Shown: one piece after another, positions 41,371 through 55,356 of the stretch
Layout of the letters: each line of letters opens with the position of its first letter
How positions within the stretch are numbered: the stretch's first letter is position 1
Source of the DNA: Eledone cirrhosa
Taxonomy: Eukaryota
Assembly (NCBI GenBank): GCA_964016885.1
Contig: OZ024743.1
Coordinates: 269,080,001 to 269,144,000 of the forward strand
Reading direction: 5' to 3'
DNA: 64,000 nt
Notes under the pieces: model-generated
What the model saw: only the letters and a program-made list of their open reading frames with translations
Told to the model about the DNA's origin: nothing
Database searches by the model: none
Position numbers and translations under genes: made by a program

Positions 41371-41953
41371 TAGAGGGTCGGACGCCATGCTTTGACGCAT
41401 AGAGTTACGGCCCTTGCCATTCTGAGTTCAAATCTCGCCGAGGTTAACTTTGCCTTTCATCCTTACGGGATCGATAAAATAAAGTACCAGTAATACACTG
41501 GGATATTGCTGGCCTTGTGCCTAACGTAGAAACAATTATATTATATTATATTGTATTATAATATAATTGTTTCTACTTTAGGCACAAGGCCAGCAATTAT
41601 CCAGTGCATTACTGGTACTTTATTTTATCGACTCCGTAAGCATGAAAGGCAAAGTCAACCTCGGCGGGATTTGAACTCAGATCGTAAAGGGACGTAACTA
41701 TGCTGGAAAGCATGGCGTCCGACCCTCTACCGATACTGAATGTAATATAATATAATATATTATAGGGCGGTGGATTGGCAGTATCGGTAGAGAGTCGGAC
41801 GCCATGCTTTCCAGCATAGTTACATCCCTTTACGGTCTGAGTTCAAATCCCGCCGAGGTTAACTTTGCCTTTCATCCTTACGGGGTCGATAAAATAAAGT
41901 ACCAGTAATGTACTGGGTAATTGCTGGCCTTGTGCCTAAAATAGAAACAATTA
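41371..41953. mobile_element. Cluster of three tRNA-derived SINEs: plus 41371-41538, minus 41564-41738, plus 41765-41953
   Basis: Near-identical copies separated by short (TATAT/TATAA)-type spacers. A box TGGCAGTATCGG and B box GTTCAAATC. Confidence 0.95.
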
Positions 41954-43101
41954 TATTATATATTCAACCACCATACTACGCAGAAACCTAACACAGAAAA
42001 TATGATTGCTTTATTGATAAACTTGCCCCACTCCCACAAGTAACATTCCAACGACAATCGACGCCAGCAAAGCTTTTGTCTCCTTTGGTGGCTGTCCACT
42101 TGAGGGACAACATAAAACGTTACCTAACTATTTGTTGGGTCCTAAAGTCTATGTAGTAAGTGAACAAGAAATCCAATGGTATTTCCTCGATTTGCTTATC
42201 GGAGGGATTGGTCCAATTTTCAGCTCATAACTAGACAACCTTCTCACACCTTCGCATACACATACAAACAAATTCATACGCACGTGACATCACACTCACA
42301 CACTTCTGTTATTCTCCAGAAACAGCCGTAAAACTAGTGAATGGAGCACCACCGGGATCGCTCTTTTCAACTCATACCTAGGAAATTTCCGACTCTCTCG
42401 CAAAACATACAAATAAATTCAGGCAGGTGATCTAACTCCCACATCCTCCCAGCATTTTCCAGGCAAAGCTGCACAACAACTCTAGCCATACGTATATCAC
42501 GTAGAAAACTGGCTCCACCACAGCAGATTTAACTCTTTTGTGGCCGTATTTCTAATGTAATACATTATATTTCAATTATTTAATGAAGAATTTTGAGGGA
42601 TTTACTGAAATGATTAATTACCTCATTAGTAAGGTAGTAACTTAACGTTCCTAGCAGAGCTGTTCTGTCAGAGATCAGTTGGGGACGGTTGTTTCTGACA
42701 GGAGCGGCTTGAAGGACTGTCTAAGACTCTGCCTACCAGGAATAAGTGGGCGAAGAAGAAGAGTAACTTAACGTTAGGTGTTTTATATCAAAGTATGTTG
42801 GAAGATTTTGTTGCCTGAACCAAAGTCGATATTGGTCGGCTTGATATCAAAAGGGTGAATAGCTTCTACCAAACCTGCTGTTTCTTTACTTACCAGAGAC
42901 ATCGGAGACCATCGAATAGAAACACGAATGCTACTCAACAACAGAAAAGGCAGAAATTTTAGAAGTTTCATACAACACTTACACAACATTCACACCACAC
43001 ATAGAAGAAAATAAATAGATTAATTGTATCACGAACTAATGAAATCACGTGTCTAAGTATAGGCGTGTATGTATATATATATACACACACATACACGCCT
43101 T

Positions 43102-43215
43102 AATTAAATCAAATCTGATCACAATCTTTACTAATATTTAGCTGTGTGAGTGAATATATATATACACTCACACAGCTAAATATTAGTAAAGATTGTGATC
43201 AGATTTGATTTAATT
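43102..43215. repeat. 114-bp palindrome centred on (TA)n
   Basis: aattaaatcaaatctgatcac...gagtg(AT)n cactc...gtgatcagatttgatttaatt, with one mismatch next to the centre. Confidence 0.9.
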
Positions 43216-43905
43216 TCGCGAGATACCTAGAGATTATCGATCAATCACTAAAGTGTCGTGTACAGAATATTCAGAACAACATGATCCATCATGTTTTTTT
43301 ATAAGACGGTTAGCGTCTCCTTTGAGGGAGATTTGGCCGTTATATCTCGCATATAATGTGACCATGATTCCTCGTTGAGAGCGACTAGGTGGTCGATGTC
43401 CCTGCCAGTTATAGTAACCATATTTACCTCAATTCAAACTCCGTCTTAAACAATCACGCAGACATTAGTTAATGTAGTGCCTAACACATAAAAAATAATG
43501 GGATGGTCACAACTGGAATGTCTTTTATCTTAGGTTTGTTTACTCATTGCTGATGTAAAACTAAACAACAACAACCTATCTGAACCAACAAGTAGCTTGA
43601 CATGTGTGAAATAAGAACCAAATATCCCTGAAATCATATATTTACTGTACTAAAAAAAAAAAGGGGTAATGAATATATCTGATAAATAAAAAAAAAAAAG
43701 GAGATGGTCACGACTGGAATATCTTTTATCAAATGTCTACTGGATCTAGGCTGAATAGAGATTAAACAACTTTTAACATACACACATATACCCCCCCCCC
43801 CCCACCACCACACTTTCTCTTCTGGGTGAAACTAATTTGATCATAGCACCACTCGAACTCAGGACTCGAAACAACCAAACCATTGATAGTCGTCGTCATT
43901 ATTAT

Positions 43906-44210
43906 TTACGGGGTCGATAAAATAAAGTACCAGTAATGTACTGGATAATTGCTGGCCTTGTGCCAAAAGTAGAAACAATTATTATCATTTGACGTCTGCT
44001 TTTTACGTTGGTATGGGTTGGATGCCGGGATGCTCTTCCTAATACTAATCACAATACAGAGTGTATAGGGTGCATTGTCTTGGCACCAGTACTGCTGCTT
44101 TACAGAGTGGATTAGGTGTATTTTATTGTAGCACCAGCACTTATCCCAGATCTTGTATTGTCTCCGTTCGTTCGTAAAGCACTGTAGCATCCGGTAACCC
44201 CATGCCACGT
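43906..44210. mobile_element. SINE 3' fragment (plus, 43906-43985) joined tail-to-tail to an RTE-type 3' UTR (minus)
   Basis: 43985-44210 resembles 17089-17330. Confidence 0.6.
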
Positions 44211-44782
44211 TTACGTTTTTTATCGCAGTGTTTGTCCTGATGGACGACGGGTCATCATAACAATATATTTTATATAACATATAACAGTGGAATAAATAAT
44301 TTAAAAAAAACATCAGTTTAGAAGTATTTTCTATTACATAACATTTTTCCTGGATAAATCATGGAATAAGCCACAATCAAGTTTCTCTCTCAATTCTGTA
44401 CGGATGACTGTCTGTCTGTCTTGTGTTTCTATCTGACTGATTCTCTGTCTTTCTTTTCTATGTGTGTTTGTCTCTCTTTTCCGTGTCTGTTTGTGTCTCT
44501 CTTTGGCTGTCTCTTTCTCTATCTCTCCTGTCTTAATGTCCCTCTCCCTCTCTCTTCTATGTGTGTAAGTGTCTCTGTGATTCTATCTCTCTCTTCCTCT
44601 CTCTATCTCCCCCTCCACCCCCTCTCTCTCCAATCCATGTTGACTTGGTAGGCAGCTGTTATGGTAGTGGTGAAGTGGAGGAGAAGGAGAAGTGATGGTG
44701 GTAGTAGTGATAGTTAGTCAACTGGAACGTAGTGTGTGTGTGTGTGTTGGGGAGGGGGTAGACGTAATTAGCCAGCAGAACT

Positions 44783-44816
<34 letters not shown>

Positions 44817-45028
44817 GTAAGTGCCTATGTACGTATATCAGTGAATGTGGTAGGTAGAAAGCTGTGTGTATGTGTGTAATATATCTTTTGATTAAATTTA
44901 TGTATGCGTATGTTTAACAGGAATATACGTATATATAAACACCCAAACCTATATATATATATATATATAAATATAACGGCGATGAATTATATAAATAAAT
45001 ATATATATATAAATATATATATAAATAA

Positions 45029-45093
<65 letters not shown>

Positions 45094-45303
45094 TATATAA
45101 ATATATATATATAAATAAATATATATATATAAATATATATACATAAATATATATATAATAAAATATATATATAAATAAATATATATATATATATATATAT
45201 AAATATATATATATAAATAAATATATATATATAAATATATATACATAAATATATATATAATAAAATATATATATAAATATATATACATAAATATATATAT
45301 AAT

Positions 45304-45370
<67 letters not shown>

Positions 45371-45482
45371 ATATATATATTCAAAAAGTAATCAAAAACA
45401 ACAAATGTATATGTGTGTGTACATATATATATTTATTCATAGTTATGATGGACTCACATGAACTGATACATAACTATGCGTA

Positions 45483-45520
<38 letters not shown>

Positions 45521-45779
45521 GTCAGTGTGTGTGTGATAAACAACAATATGAGCAACATGGACGTGTTGTTTTTGTCTTGTAGAAGACAAAGGATCAGTTG
45601 TGGTAATGTTTTATAATATCTTGCTCCATAAAGCTGTCACCATGGACACCAACTTTGTCACTACCCTTCCCTGCTCCCTTTCTTGCTCCCATTCACCACC
45701 ACAACAACCACTCCACCATCGCGGTCGCTACGGCTTTCACTAATACTACATACACTACCATAATTAGCTCCACCACCAC

Positions 45780-46480
45780 CACCACTACTACAACCCCCAC
45801 CACACATCTACCACTACCACGGAGACCAACACCATCAACAGTACCAACAATACCAGCCCCACCACCACCACCACTACAACCCTCACCACACATCTACCAC
45901 TACCACGGAGACCAACACCACCAACAGCACCAACAATACCAGCCCCACCACCACCACAACCCTCACCACACATCTACCACTACCACGGAGACCAACACCA
46001 CCAACAGCACCAACAATACCAGCCCCACCACCACTACAACCCTCACCACACATCTACCACTACCACGGAGACCAACACCACCAACAGTACCAACAATACC
46101 ACCACCACCACCACTACAACCCTCACCACACATCTACCACTACCACGGAGACCAACACCATCAACAGTACCAACAATACCAGCCCCCCCACCACCACCAC
46201 CACTACAACCCTCACCACACATCTACCACTACCACGGAGACCAACACCAACACCAGTACCAACAATACCACCACCACCACCACTACAACCCTCACCACAC
46301 ATCTACCACTACCACGGAGACCAACACCAACATCACCAACAATACCACCACCACCACCACCACCACCACCACCAGCATCAACAACATCAATACCAACACT
46401 CCTAATACGAACAGCACCAACAACATTCCCAACAACACTACTACTACCACGGAGACCAATACCAACACACCACCATCAAC
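45780..46480 (+). repeat. CCA-rich minisatellite, about 60-70 bp unit
   Basis: Repeated ACAACCCTCACCACACATCTACCACTACCACGGAGACCAACACC. Confidence 0.9.
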
Positions 46481-46938
46481 AACAACAACAATATCAATAC
46501 CAACAACACCACCAACAAGAATGTCACAACCAATAACACCGCCACCAACACCAGTACTACTACCACCACTAACAACAACACCACCTGGTCCTCACAACTT
46601 TTATCATTTTTCCATTAAATATCTTGTAGTATTATTTTCGGCTGTTTGCGTTCTCTGTTCAATTCACGCCGAAGTCAACTTTGTTTTATATCTTCCTTGG
46701 TTCGATAAATTAAAGTACCAGTCATGTATTGAGGTTGATGTAACCAACGTTGCCTTCCCCAAATCTCTGGTCTTCTTGTCTAAGTTCAAAACCCCTAACA
46801 TATATTTTAAGGTTAACGCCTTTTTAGTGTTTGTCTCTACTTGTTAATAATTTTAGGTGAGAGTGAAATCCGAAATTCTGTTTGTCTGTGTGTGTGTGTT
46901 TTATCAGTAGCATGTGATTTATGTGTCTGTCTAATATC

Positions 46939-46974
<36 letters not shown>

Positions 46975-47144
46975 ATATCATTCAGATTACTCTCTGTTGA
47001 GTTTCACGACTGCTCCTCTTTAAAACTCTTTCCCTACTTTAAGTCTTAAACCAATATATATCTTCATTATACTGTGTCGTTTGCTGTGTTGTTATCCGTT
47101 TACTTTTCGCACACACACATACATATTCGTATATAATGTGTGTA

Positions 47145-47176
<32 letters not shown>

Positions 47177-47479
47177 ATATTAGTAAAGTGTGTACTAGCA
47201 TATTTACGGTTGTGACCTAAGTTTCGATCAATTGAAATGACACATTTTGTGAGGAGAAAAACAAAACTATTTGTGTTGGTCAAAAAAAAAAAATGAGACG
47301 GGAGGTAACCGCAGAATGTAAATAAATAAAAATTTTATAACTTTTTAAACTTTTTATTGAATAGACTTAAATATGAATACACATCCATATATATACTTCT
47401 ATAATGACATAAGCACTCTGAGCTTAAATATATTATTGGCTGGCAACCTCTGTTCAGTTAAGTTCATGTATGTATATAC

Positions 47480-47510
<31 letters not shown>

Positions 47511-47860
47511 AGTGGGATTTATATCTATATTCTTTTTACTTTCTATTTGTGTTATGTTTATATACATACATATATATACACACACAATCTCTATCTATCA
47601 ACCTGCCTGACGTTGACACTGGCCAAATATTCCTTCCCATGTGTTCTCCTACACAAAGGTATGCTGAGTCACGAATTGGCCTAAAAAGCCCCCTATAACT
47701 GTGGCGGCATTTGTCACGTGATTACGTGATATTACAATGTTCTCCCCCACCTCTTCCGCTTTTTATTTCTCTCTCTCTTCCCTGGTTTTTCTTCTCTACC
47801 ATCCCCTTGTTTTTCTTCTCTACCCTCCCCCTCTTTATATTTATCTATCACACACACACA

Positions 47861-47972
47861 TTTCAGATAAAAATGACTTCTACAGGAGTAAAACTGGTTC
47901 ATTCATTTCCTGATGATGTGGTTGGTACGAATGAAATAGTTCTTATCAAGTAGAAGTCATTTCTATCTGAAA
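47861..47972 (+). ncRNA. Hammerhead cassette with inverted arm starting at the cleavage triplet
   Basis: ATTTC-CTGATGA(47910)-...-GAAAT...GTA^GAAGT. 47861-47883 mirrors 47950-47972. Homologs at 15440-15490 and 22350-22405. Confidence 0.6.
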
Positions 47973-48057
47973 TATATTATGTTCCTTCTCTCTTGAGTAT
48001 TGAATACCTTATTTAGGTGTTGCCTCTTTCGTTCCAATTCGGAAACCCATTATATAC

Positions 48058-48119
<62 letters not shown>

Positions 48120-48174
48120 AAAATGATTTTTTTTTTTAAATAAAAAAAAAACGAGATGTCCTACACGGGTGAAA

Positions 48175-48380
48175 ATATAAGGAAAAGAAATCGAAAATGC
48201 AACTGGAATCTATTTAGGAATATTTATTTATTTATTTTACCGGTTTCACACACCTTGTGCTTTTCAAAAGTAGAATTGAAGTGAAGGGTTTGCGGTTTCA
48301 CATCTGTAAAACCGGTAAAGGAAATAAATAAATATTCATAAAAAGACTCCAGTTGAATTTTCGAATTCTTTTCCTTATAT
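48175..48380. mobile_element. Inverted-repeat cassette (about 70-bp arms) with degenerate minus-strand hammerhead
   Basis: Minus strand reads tTGAAaA-GCAC(aaggt)GTGT-GAAACCGGTA. The right arm starts at AAACCGGTA. Confidence 0.6.
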
Positions 48381-48552
48381 ATATAGTGGGGATCCTAATT
48401 CGTAATAAATATCCAAGGTTGGAAGAGCTCTCAACCCGAGGGAAATGTGGGGCACAGATATTTATTACGTTAACAAATTCGCCTTATGAAACACTGTAAG
48501 CAGGATCTGTTACACACACATACACACACACACACATACACACACACACACA

Positions 48553-48598
<46 letters not shown>

Positions 48599-48730
48599 AT
48601 TTATATCCTTATCACATAAAATAAAGCTGAATGTGCCAGAAGATTACATTCAACTTGCAAAAAATGTGTTGTGGAATATAATTTCAACGTGGACGTGTTA
48701 TCCATGATAGAAACACTGTTAAGAAAATAC

Positions 48731-48855
48731 TTGTTTCTACTTTAGGCACAAGGCCAGCAATTACCCAGTGCATTACTGGTACTTTATTTTATAGACCCCG
48801 TAAGGATGAAAGGCAAAGTCAACCTCGGCGGGATTTGAACTCAGATCGTAAAGGG
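48731..48855 (-). mobile_element. tRNA-derived SINE, 5'-truncated
   Basis: Reverse complement of the SINE 3' part. Confidence 0.85.
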
Positions 48856-48864
48856 ATAAGAAAA

Positions 48865-49080
48865 TACTGACAGAATACTCACAGAATATTAATAGAATAT
48901 TCGCAGAATACCCAAATAATAGTCACAGAATACTGATAGACCACTTACAAAATACTTGCAAAATAGTCTTGAAATGTAAATGAATAGTCGCAAAATACTC
49001 ACAGGATTATTCGCAGAATATTCACAGAACGCTTACAGAATAGTCACAGAATGCGAAAAGAATACTCACTAAATACAAAA
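48865..49080 (+). repeat. Degenerate 11-bp tandem repeat
   Basis: Variants of CACAGAATACT. Confidence 0.7.
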
Positions 49081-49360
49081 TACCCACTGACGTTAAGATT
49101 TACCACATGATATACCAATCTCTCTCTCTCTCTCTCCCTGCATCTATTCAAGAAAGGTCCTTCTTGACTATATCTTAATCTTGATTGCTTTTTCCTAATT
49201 AACAAGATCTTCGCCTTTATACTCATTGCAAACAGAAAACAAGCTGACAGTAACACCAACACCGCTTAGAACTATGGCAGGAACAATGATAATAATTAAT
49301 ATAATTCAATAAGAGGTGTATTAGATGTAATATAATTTAAAAATTGTGTGTATATATTAC

Positions 49361-49404
<44 letters not shown>

Positions 49405-49569
49405 TGTATGTTTATATATGTATATATATGAAAATAAAAACATTGTTGTCTCTCTCTGATGGAGACGAAGAGAATGTTTTAATAGCTGTTCTTAGCGATT
49501 AGTTTTCTCATTTAATATATATAAATACATACACACACACATATATATATATTCTTCTTTTATTTCTCA

Positions 49570-49766
49570 TTCTATTTTCTGATAAAGGGCTAGCATCCGA
49601 AATGTTAAGACTCTTTTCTAGTATATCAAGCGTTAGATTAATCTTCATTATATCAAATCCCGCCGAGGTCAACTTTGCCTTTCATCATCCTTACGAGGTC
49701 GATAAAATAGAGTACCAGTAATGTACTGGGATAATTGCTGGCCTTGTGCCAATAGTAGAAACAATT
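49570..49766 (+). mobile_element. Family A hammerhead remnant (49570-49650) followed by a SINE 3' part (49653-49766)
   Basis: CTGATaAAGGgCTAGCaTCCGAAAtGTTAAGACT, then TCAAATCCCGCCGAGG...AGAAACAAT. Confidence 0.65.
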
Positions 49767-50096
49767 TGTCTGGTTTGTTGGTTTCCGTTTACAAACACAC
49801 ATACACACACACATGTATATATATATATGTGTGTATGTGTGTAAAACATTCCGCTAACATCTAGCTTACGGCGACGCAAAAAATAAAAAAAACGAAAAAA
49901 AAAAAATAAAAATGACCAGACATTGAAAAAAAAAATGTTTTTTCTAAGATATATCTTCTGCTTTTGTACAAATGAAAGAATGTGTGAAATCTTGAGTGAA
50001 GGACATAAACTACTTATAACTGACTGGGTCACTAGTAACACTAAAGAAGCAACATTCTTCATCTCACTACTTACTGAAGGCCGCACTAGACTCTCC

Positions 50097-50172
<76 letters not shown>

Positions 50173-50325
50173 CACACACATATACACACTGCCTGAAAAG
50201 ATGGTTTTTCGACAGCTATTTTATTGTTACAGTTGCTGTGTCATGGTTCTTTGTTTTATAGCAAAACCCAGCTGTGAAATATCAGTCGCTCCCGTACTTC
50301 ATGATATTCTATAGTATTTACAATA

Positions 50326-50484
50326 CAGTGAAATTCCGTTATAACGAAATTCACGGGGTATAAAAAAATTCGTTGTAACGAAAAATTTCTTTATAACGAG
50401 ATCGATCGAAACACATCGAGCTTGTGACCGGGGATTGAAAAAAAATTCGTTATAATGGTATTCGTTATAACGGAATTTTACCTA
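50326..50484. mobile_element. Tc1/pogo-type MITE
   Basis: TA|CAGTGAAATTCCGTTATAACGAA ... TTCGTTATAACGGAATTTTAC, with internal CGTTATAACG-like subrepeats. Confidence 0.8.
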
Positions 50485-50509
50485 TAGTCTGTCCGAAACC
50501 ATCAGGTTC

Positions 50510-51065
50510 ACCAGGCCAGTGCTTATCTTTTGTTTCACCTTTCATCTTGTTAAGTGATTGAGATTACAAGACTCCCTCCTTGACAAGACGTCAGTCTATC
50601 ACAGCTTTAATCCCCAGTTATTGGTTTGTAGTCATTTTCAGTTGAGTGTTCTGGGGCAACGTGAAACGAAGTATTTTACTGAAGAACACAAAGCACCACT
50701 TTGTCAAGGAATCTAATCGTTCGTCCAACACCTTAACCACTGGACTATCCACCTCGCCTCCTCTCCCGAATGCCCGACTACTCGCCTAGCACAACCCCTG
50801 CTTTCTTAAAACTCTTCCTTTAATAAACTCTGATATTCCAACCATTTCTCCCCCCCCCCGCCCTCTCTATCTCTCTCCCCTCCGAACTCTCCATTTCTAG
50901 AAGAAGGACGCCAGTCAACCGCAGGGTTAAACCCCCAGGTACTGCCGGTACTCGTTTTCAACTGAGTATACTGGAGCACTGTGAAATGAAGTATTTTGCT
51001 CGCGAACACAACACACAACCCAGTCCATTATGCTCGGAAGTCCAACATTCCAACCACTAGGTCGC
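50510..51065 (-). mobile_element. Two diverged CORE-type SINEs (50510-50750, 50900-51065)
   Basis: Both show ctggagca..gtgaaa.gaagtatttt.ct..agaacacaa...aaccact. Confidence 0.55.
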
Positions 51066-51632
51066 CCGCCTTCACTGAAATATTTATATTTATTGAAAAA
51101 TAGATACTCAGTAGTGTGTGTATATTATATTTTCAAGAGAGTGCACGAAAGTTTAAACTTAACACACCGATCCCCGGGTCATCCTTTGCGGAGGGCAGGC
51201 TGGGAACCACAGCTATAAATTTCATCTCTGACCCCACTTCTATAGATCTGTTGCTAGAGTTTTGCCCCTTCTATCGCAACCACAATGATTTCTGCTCCCC
51301 GGAGCACGCTGGCTCTATGTCACTGCACTAACCACTATGCCTCGTATTCCTTTCTGCTCAGTATGTCATTCGTTCGGACCCCAAGCCTCCACACATTCTA
51401 ATATGTCTTTCCAAAACGAGTAAGGTGGTCCTTCAGCAATATTAATCTATCTGGTATCGATGGGCTTATGAAGGTTATGAGCATTGTCCTTTCCTTCAAA
51501 CTAACCAAGGAAAAAGAAAAATGTATGAAAAGTAAAAAAAAAGGAAGTTTTGACTGCATTTCAGCTGAATGAGATCCAACTAGGCTGACATAGTTTTTCA
51601 ATTAATTACGCTACGTTATTTCCTCTGACTTG

Positions 51633-51728
<96 letters not shown>

Positions 51729-51756
51729 AATGAAAAGTATAGAAATTGTTTTAGCG

Positions 51757-51788
<32 letters not shown>

Positions 51789-51843
51789 TGATTTAACACT
51801 TCACTGCTCGCAAGTGTTTTTTAAGCTTCATATCATGTCTCCC

Positions 51844-51914
51844 TATTTTATCTGATGAGAACGCAAATATCATCGCATGATGATATTTGTTTTTGAAATG
51901 CGCATAATAAAATA
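51844..51914 (+). ncRNA. Type I hammerhead ribozyme, complete fold (best example)
   Basis: TATTTTAT-CTGATGA-gaacg-CAAATATCATC-GCAT-GATGATATTTG-tttt-t-GAA-ATGCGCAT-A^ATAAAATA. It has an 8-bp stem I, an 11-bp helix in stem II, a palindromic stem III and an AUA triplet. Confidence 0.85.
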
Positions 51915-51937
51915 CATGAAACTCTTTTAACCATCTT

Positions 51938-51968
<31 letters not shown>

Positions 51969-52027
51969 GCGTGTATGTATATAGTGAGAGAGAGATGTGT
52001 GTGTGTAATTGTATGTGTGTTTTTGTG

Positions 52028-52068
<41 letters not shown>

Positions 52069-52912
52069 AGATTTATCACTGTAGATCTGTGTGTGTCTGT
52101 ACGTGTATGTATGTGTGTGTGTGTATATATCACATATTTATAGTATGTGTATAATAGTAGATAACATTCCCATACCACCACCAATCACCAATCACAATAA
52201 TAAAGCTAGCTAGCTGTATACCATACTGCACACACACACAGATACACACTTTTTCTTTACACACATATAGCACTTTTGTCTCTCCATACATACATGCATA
52301 CATACATACATACATACATACATACATACATACGTACGTACATACGCAGTGCATGTAGCAAACCTTATAAAAATGAAGATACCCCCCCCCCCCCCTCACC
52401 CCCCTTCTCTCTCTCTCTCTCTCTCTCTCTCGCTCTCTCTCTCCCGCTCTCTCTCAGCCTGGTCACCATCTATGTTTATCGATCAGTTGGTGAAAGTGGA
52501 AGTCAGCGAGACAAGACTGTTTGGTGGGAGGCATTGAGTGACATACATGGGAAGAGTGACGACATATAGAGAGAGAGATATTGGAGAATGAGATAAAGAT
52601 AGTGTGAATCTGAGGTCAGATAGACAGGAAGGGTATGGAGAGAGAGAGAGAAAGAGAGTGAGGTGAGAAGGTGGTTTGGCTAGACAGTCAGTGGGTACAG
52701 AGAGAGACACACAGGAAAGAGAGTGAGGGTGTCAGCAAGAGTGACAGTGAAGAGAGAGAGAAAGAGAGTGTAGAAGGGAGAGGGGGCAGTCAGTCAGTGC
52801 GCATGGTCTGAGTGAGGTCTTCCAATATCTCATCTTTGTACATCAGTTCAGTTTCAGCCTTTGCGCCTGCGTACTCGCACACAGAAACGCACGCGCGCAC
52901 AAACACACACAC

Positions 52913-53022
<110 letters not shown>

Positions 53023-53079
53023 TCTTGTTTGTTTTCCTATCAGTCTGTATATGTATGTATATATATGTACAATCAGGAT

Positions 53080-53235
53080 TAAACCAGTATTAAACTACTC
53101 AGACTATTATTCAACAGAGTACTCGATACCTGGGATAGTAGAGTGATAACATTAAAAAGAGCCGGGCCCCGACAGCTGAGCTCTTGCCGTTTCCATAGCT
53201 AATTCCAGGCTGTCTGGACCCCATCTCTTTCTAAT
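53080..53235 (-). mobile_element. Family E cassette
   Basis: Homologous to 28320-28430. Minus strand GAAACGGC-AAGAGCTCA-GCTGTC^GGGGCCC. Confidence 0.6.
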
Positions 53236-53377
53236 ATATATATATTTATGTATTACAACCTACTTCTTTCCAGTTTTTATATTTAAAAACGAAATTCTTT
53301 ATATATATATATTTGTTGTTTACATATGTAGTAGTGGCCGTAAACACACACACACGTGTATATGTGTGTATGTATGC

Positions 53378-53463
<86 letters not shown>

Positions 53464-53721
53464 CCCCACAAAATGTATACGCACTTCAACAGCATTCTAA
53501 TAAATGTGTCTATACATTTTTGGGGGACATCCTATATATATATATATATATACACACAATATATACTGCTAAAACCTCTAATTTTATGGCTTGTGAACCT
53601 TTAATATTCCTCTCCCCTTCCTCTCTCTTGCACTGTTTGGTGTCGGAGGTGGTAATCGTAATCACCGCACTAGTTATATATATACACACACACATATATA
53701 TATGTGTGTATATATTTATAT

Positions 53722-53771
<50 letters not shown>

Positions 53772-54580
53772 CCGGGGTTATGTTTGGTAGTGATTCTACA
53801 CAGTTTTTGTTCCCATGTTCCCACCGTGCCACCATTGTAACCCACTGTGCCATTGCTGGCTGTATGGTGTCGACCACATTCCTGACCCTTTACTCATCTT
53901 ATTTGCTGGCCCTTTTCTCCCCCCATTTCCGTATTCTTTAGCTATGCCCCCCCCCCCCTCCGTTAGACCTTTTCTATTTCTTCCTGTATGTAACCCCATC
54001 TCATACAATTTCTACTCTATCTATCTGTCTATTTATCTCTATGTCTGTCTATCTATCTATCTACTCTTTGTGTTACACTATTCCCATCCATCCATCTTTT
54101 CTCTGTAAAAACCCTGTCTACTCTCCACCCCATCTGTTCCCCCACCATCCATCACCACCACCGTCATCACCAGTACCACCATCTGAACCCCACTACGACC
54201 GTAACTATGATCAGCAGCGTCACTATCAGAGACATACAACTATGACCATTACCACGATCGCAACCTTCATCACCATCACCACCACCACCACCACCACCAG
54301 TCTGGTCACATGATGACATTCTTGCGATAATTCCTCTCCTCTACAGTGATACCACCTCCGCCGCTGCAGTGTGAAAGGCATCTGAACGCGGCTAGAGAGG
54401 GCGACAGACAGTCAGACAGACTGACACGTTCTGCAGTGGAAATGGCGAAACGGCACATTCACTACAAATATACACACACACTCTCTCTTTCTCGCAGAAA
54501 CATACACGCAATCTCTTACACACAGACATACACGGAAGACTTTGCTTGCCTGCTCGTCTTCTAATACATGTGTGTATGTG

Positions 54581-54629
<49 letters not shown>

Positions 54630-54638
54630 AATATATAC

Positions 54639-54725
<87 letters not shown>

Positions 54726-54769
54726 CACATACATATTATATAAATATAGTTTCCATTTATTAATATATC

Positions 54770-54832
<63 letters not shown>

Positions 54833-54877
54833 CACATACATATTATATAAATATAGTTTCCATTTATTAATATATCG

Positions 54878-54911
<34 letters not shown>

Positions 54912-55195
54912 AGCGTGTGTTGTCTGAGTTTGCTCTCTAACGCCAATGTCAGTCATCAGTCCACCGATGCTCAACTCTGAAACTACTTCTCTCTCTTTCT
55001 CTCTCTCTCTCTCTTTCTCTCCCTCTCTTATATGTATATATCTTTCCCTTCCCTCTTCCCCTCTTCATATTTCAGTATTTCTTTCGACCTCCGCCCCGCC
55101 AATACTTCTCTCTACGTTAAAGTACTTTGCTTACCACTACACAACGTTGTCTACTTTACTTATCTCAGCTGCTGCTGCTGCTACTGTTACTACTG

Positions 55196-55270
<75 letters not shown>

Positions 55271-55312
55271 TTCAAATGAAGTATTAGAAACCTCAATATT
55301 ACTGTCCTCTTA

Positions 55313-55356
<44 letters not shown>

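Noticed and set aside
41765-41860. tRNA gene suggested by A and B boxes
   Set aside because: There is no cloverleaf. It is the head of a multi-copy SINE.
45655-46536. 293-aa Pro/Thr/His-rich ORF
   Set aside because: It is a CCA minisatellite. The unit shifts frame between copies and the T-poor strand avoids stops by composition.
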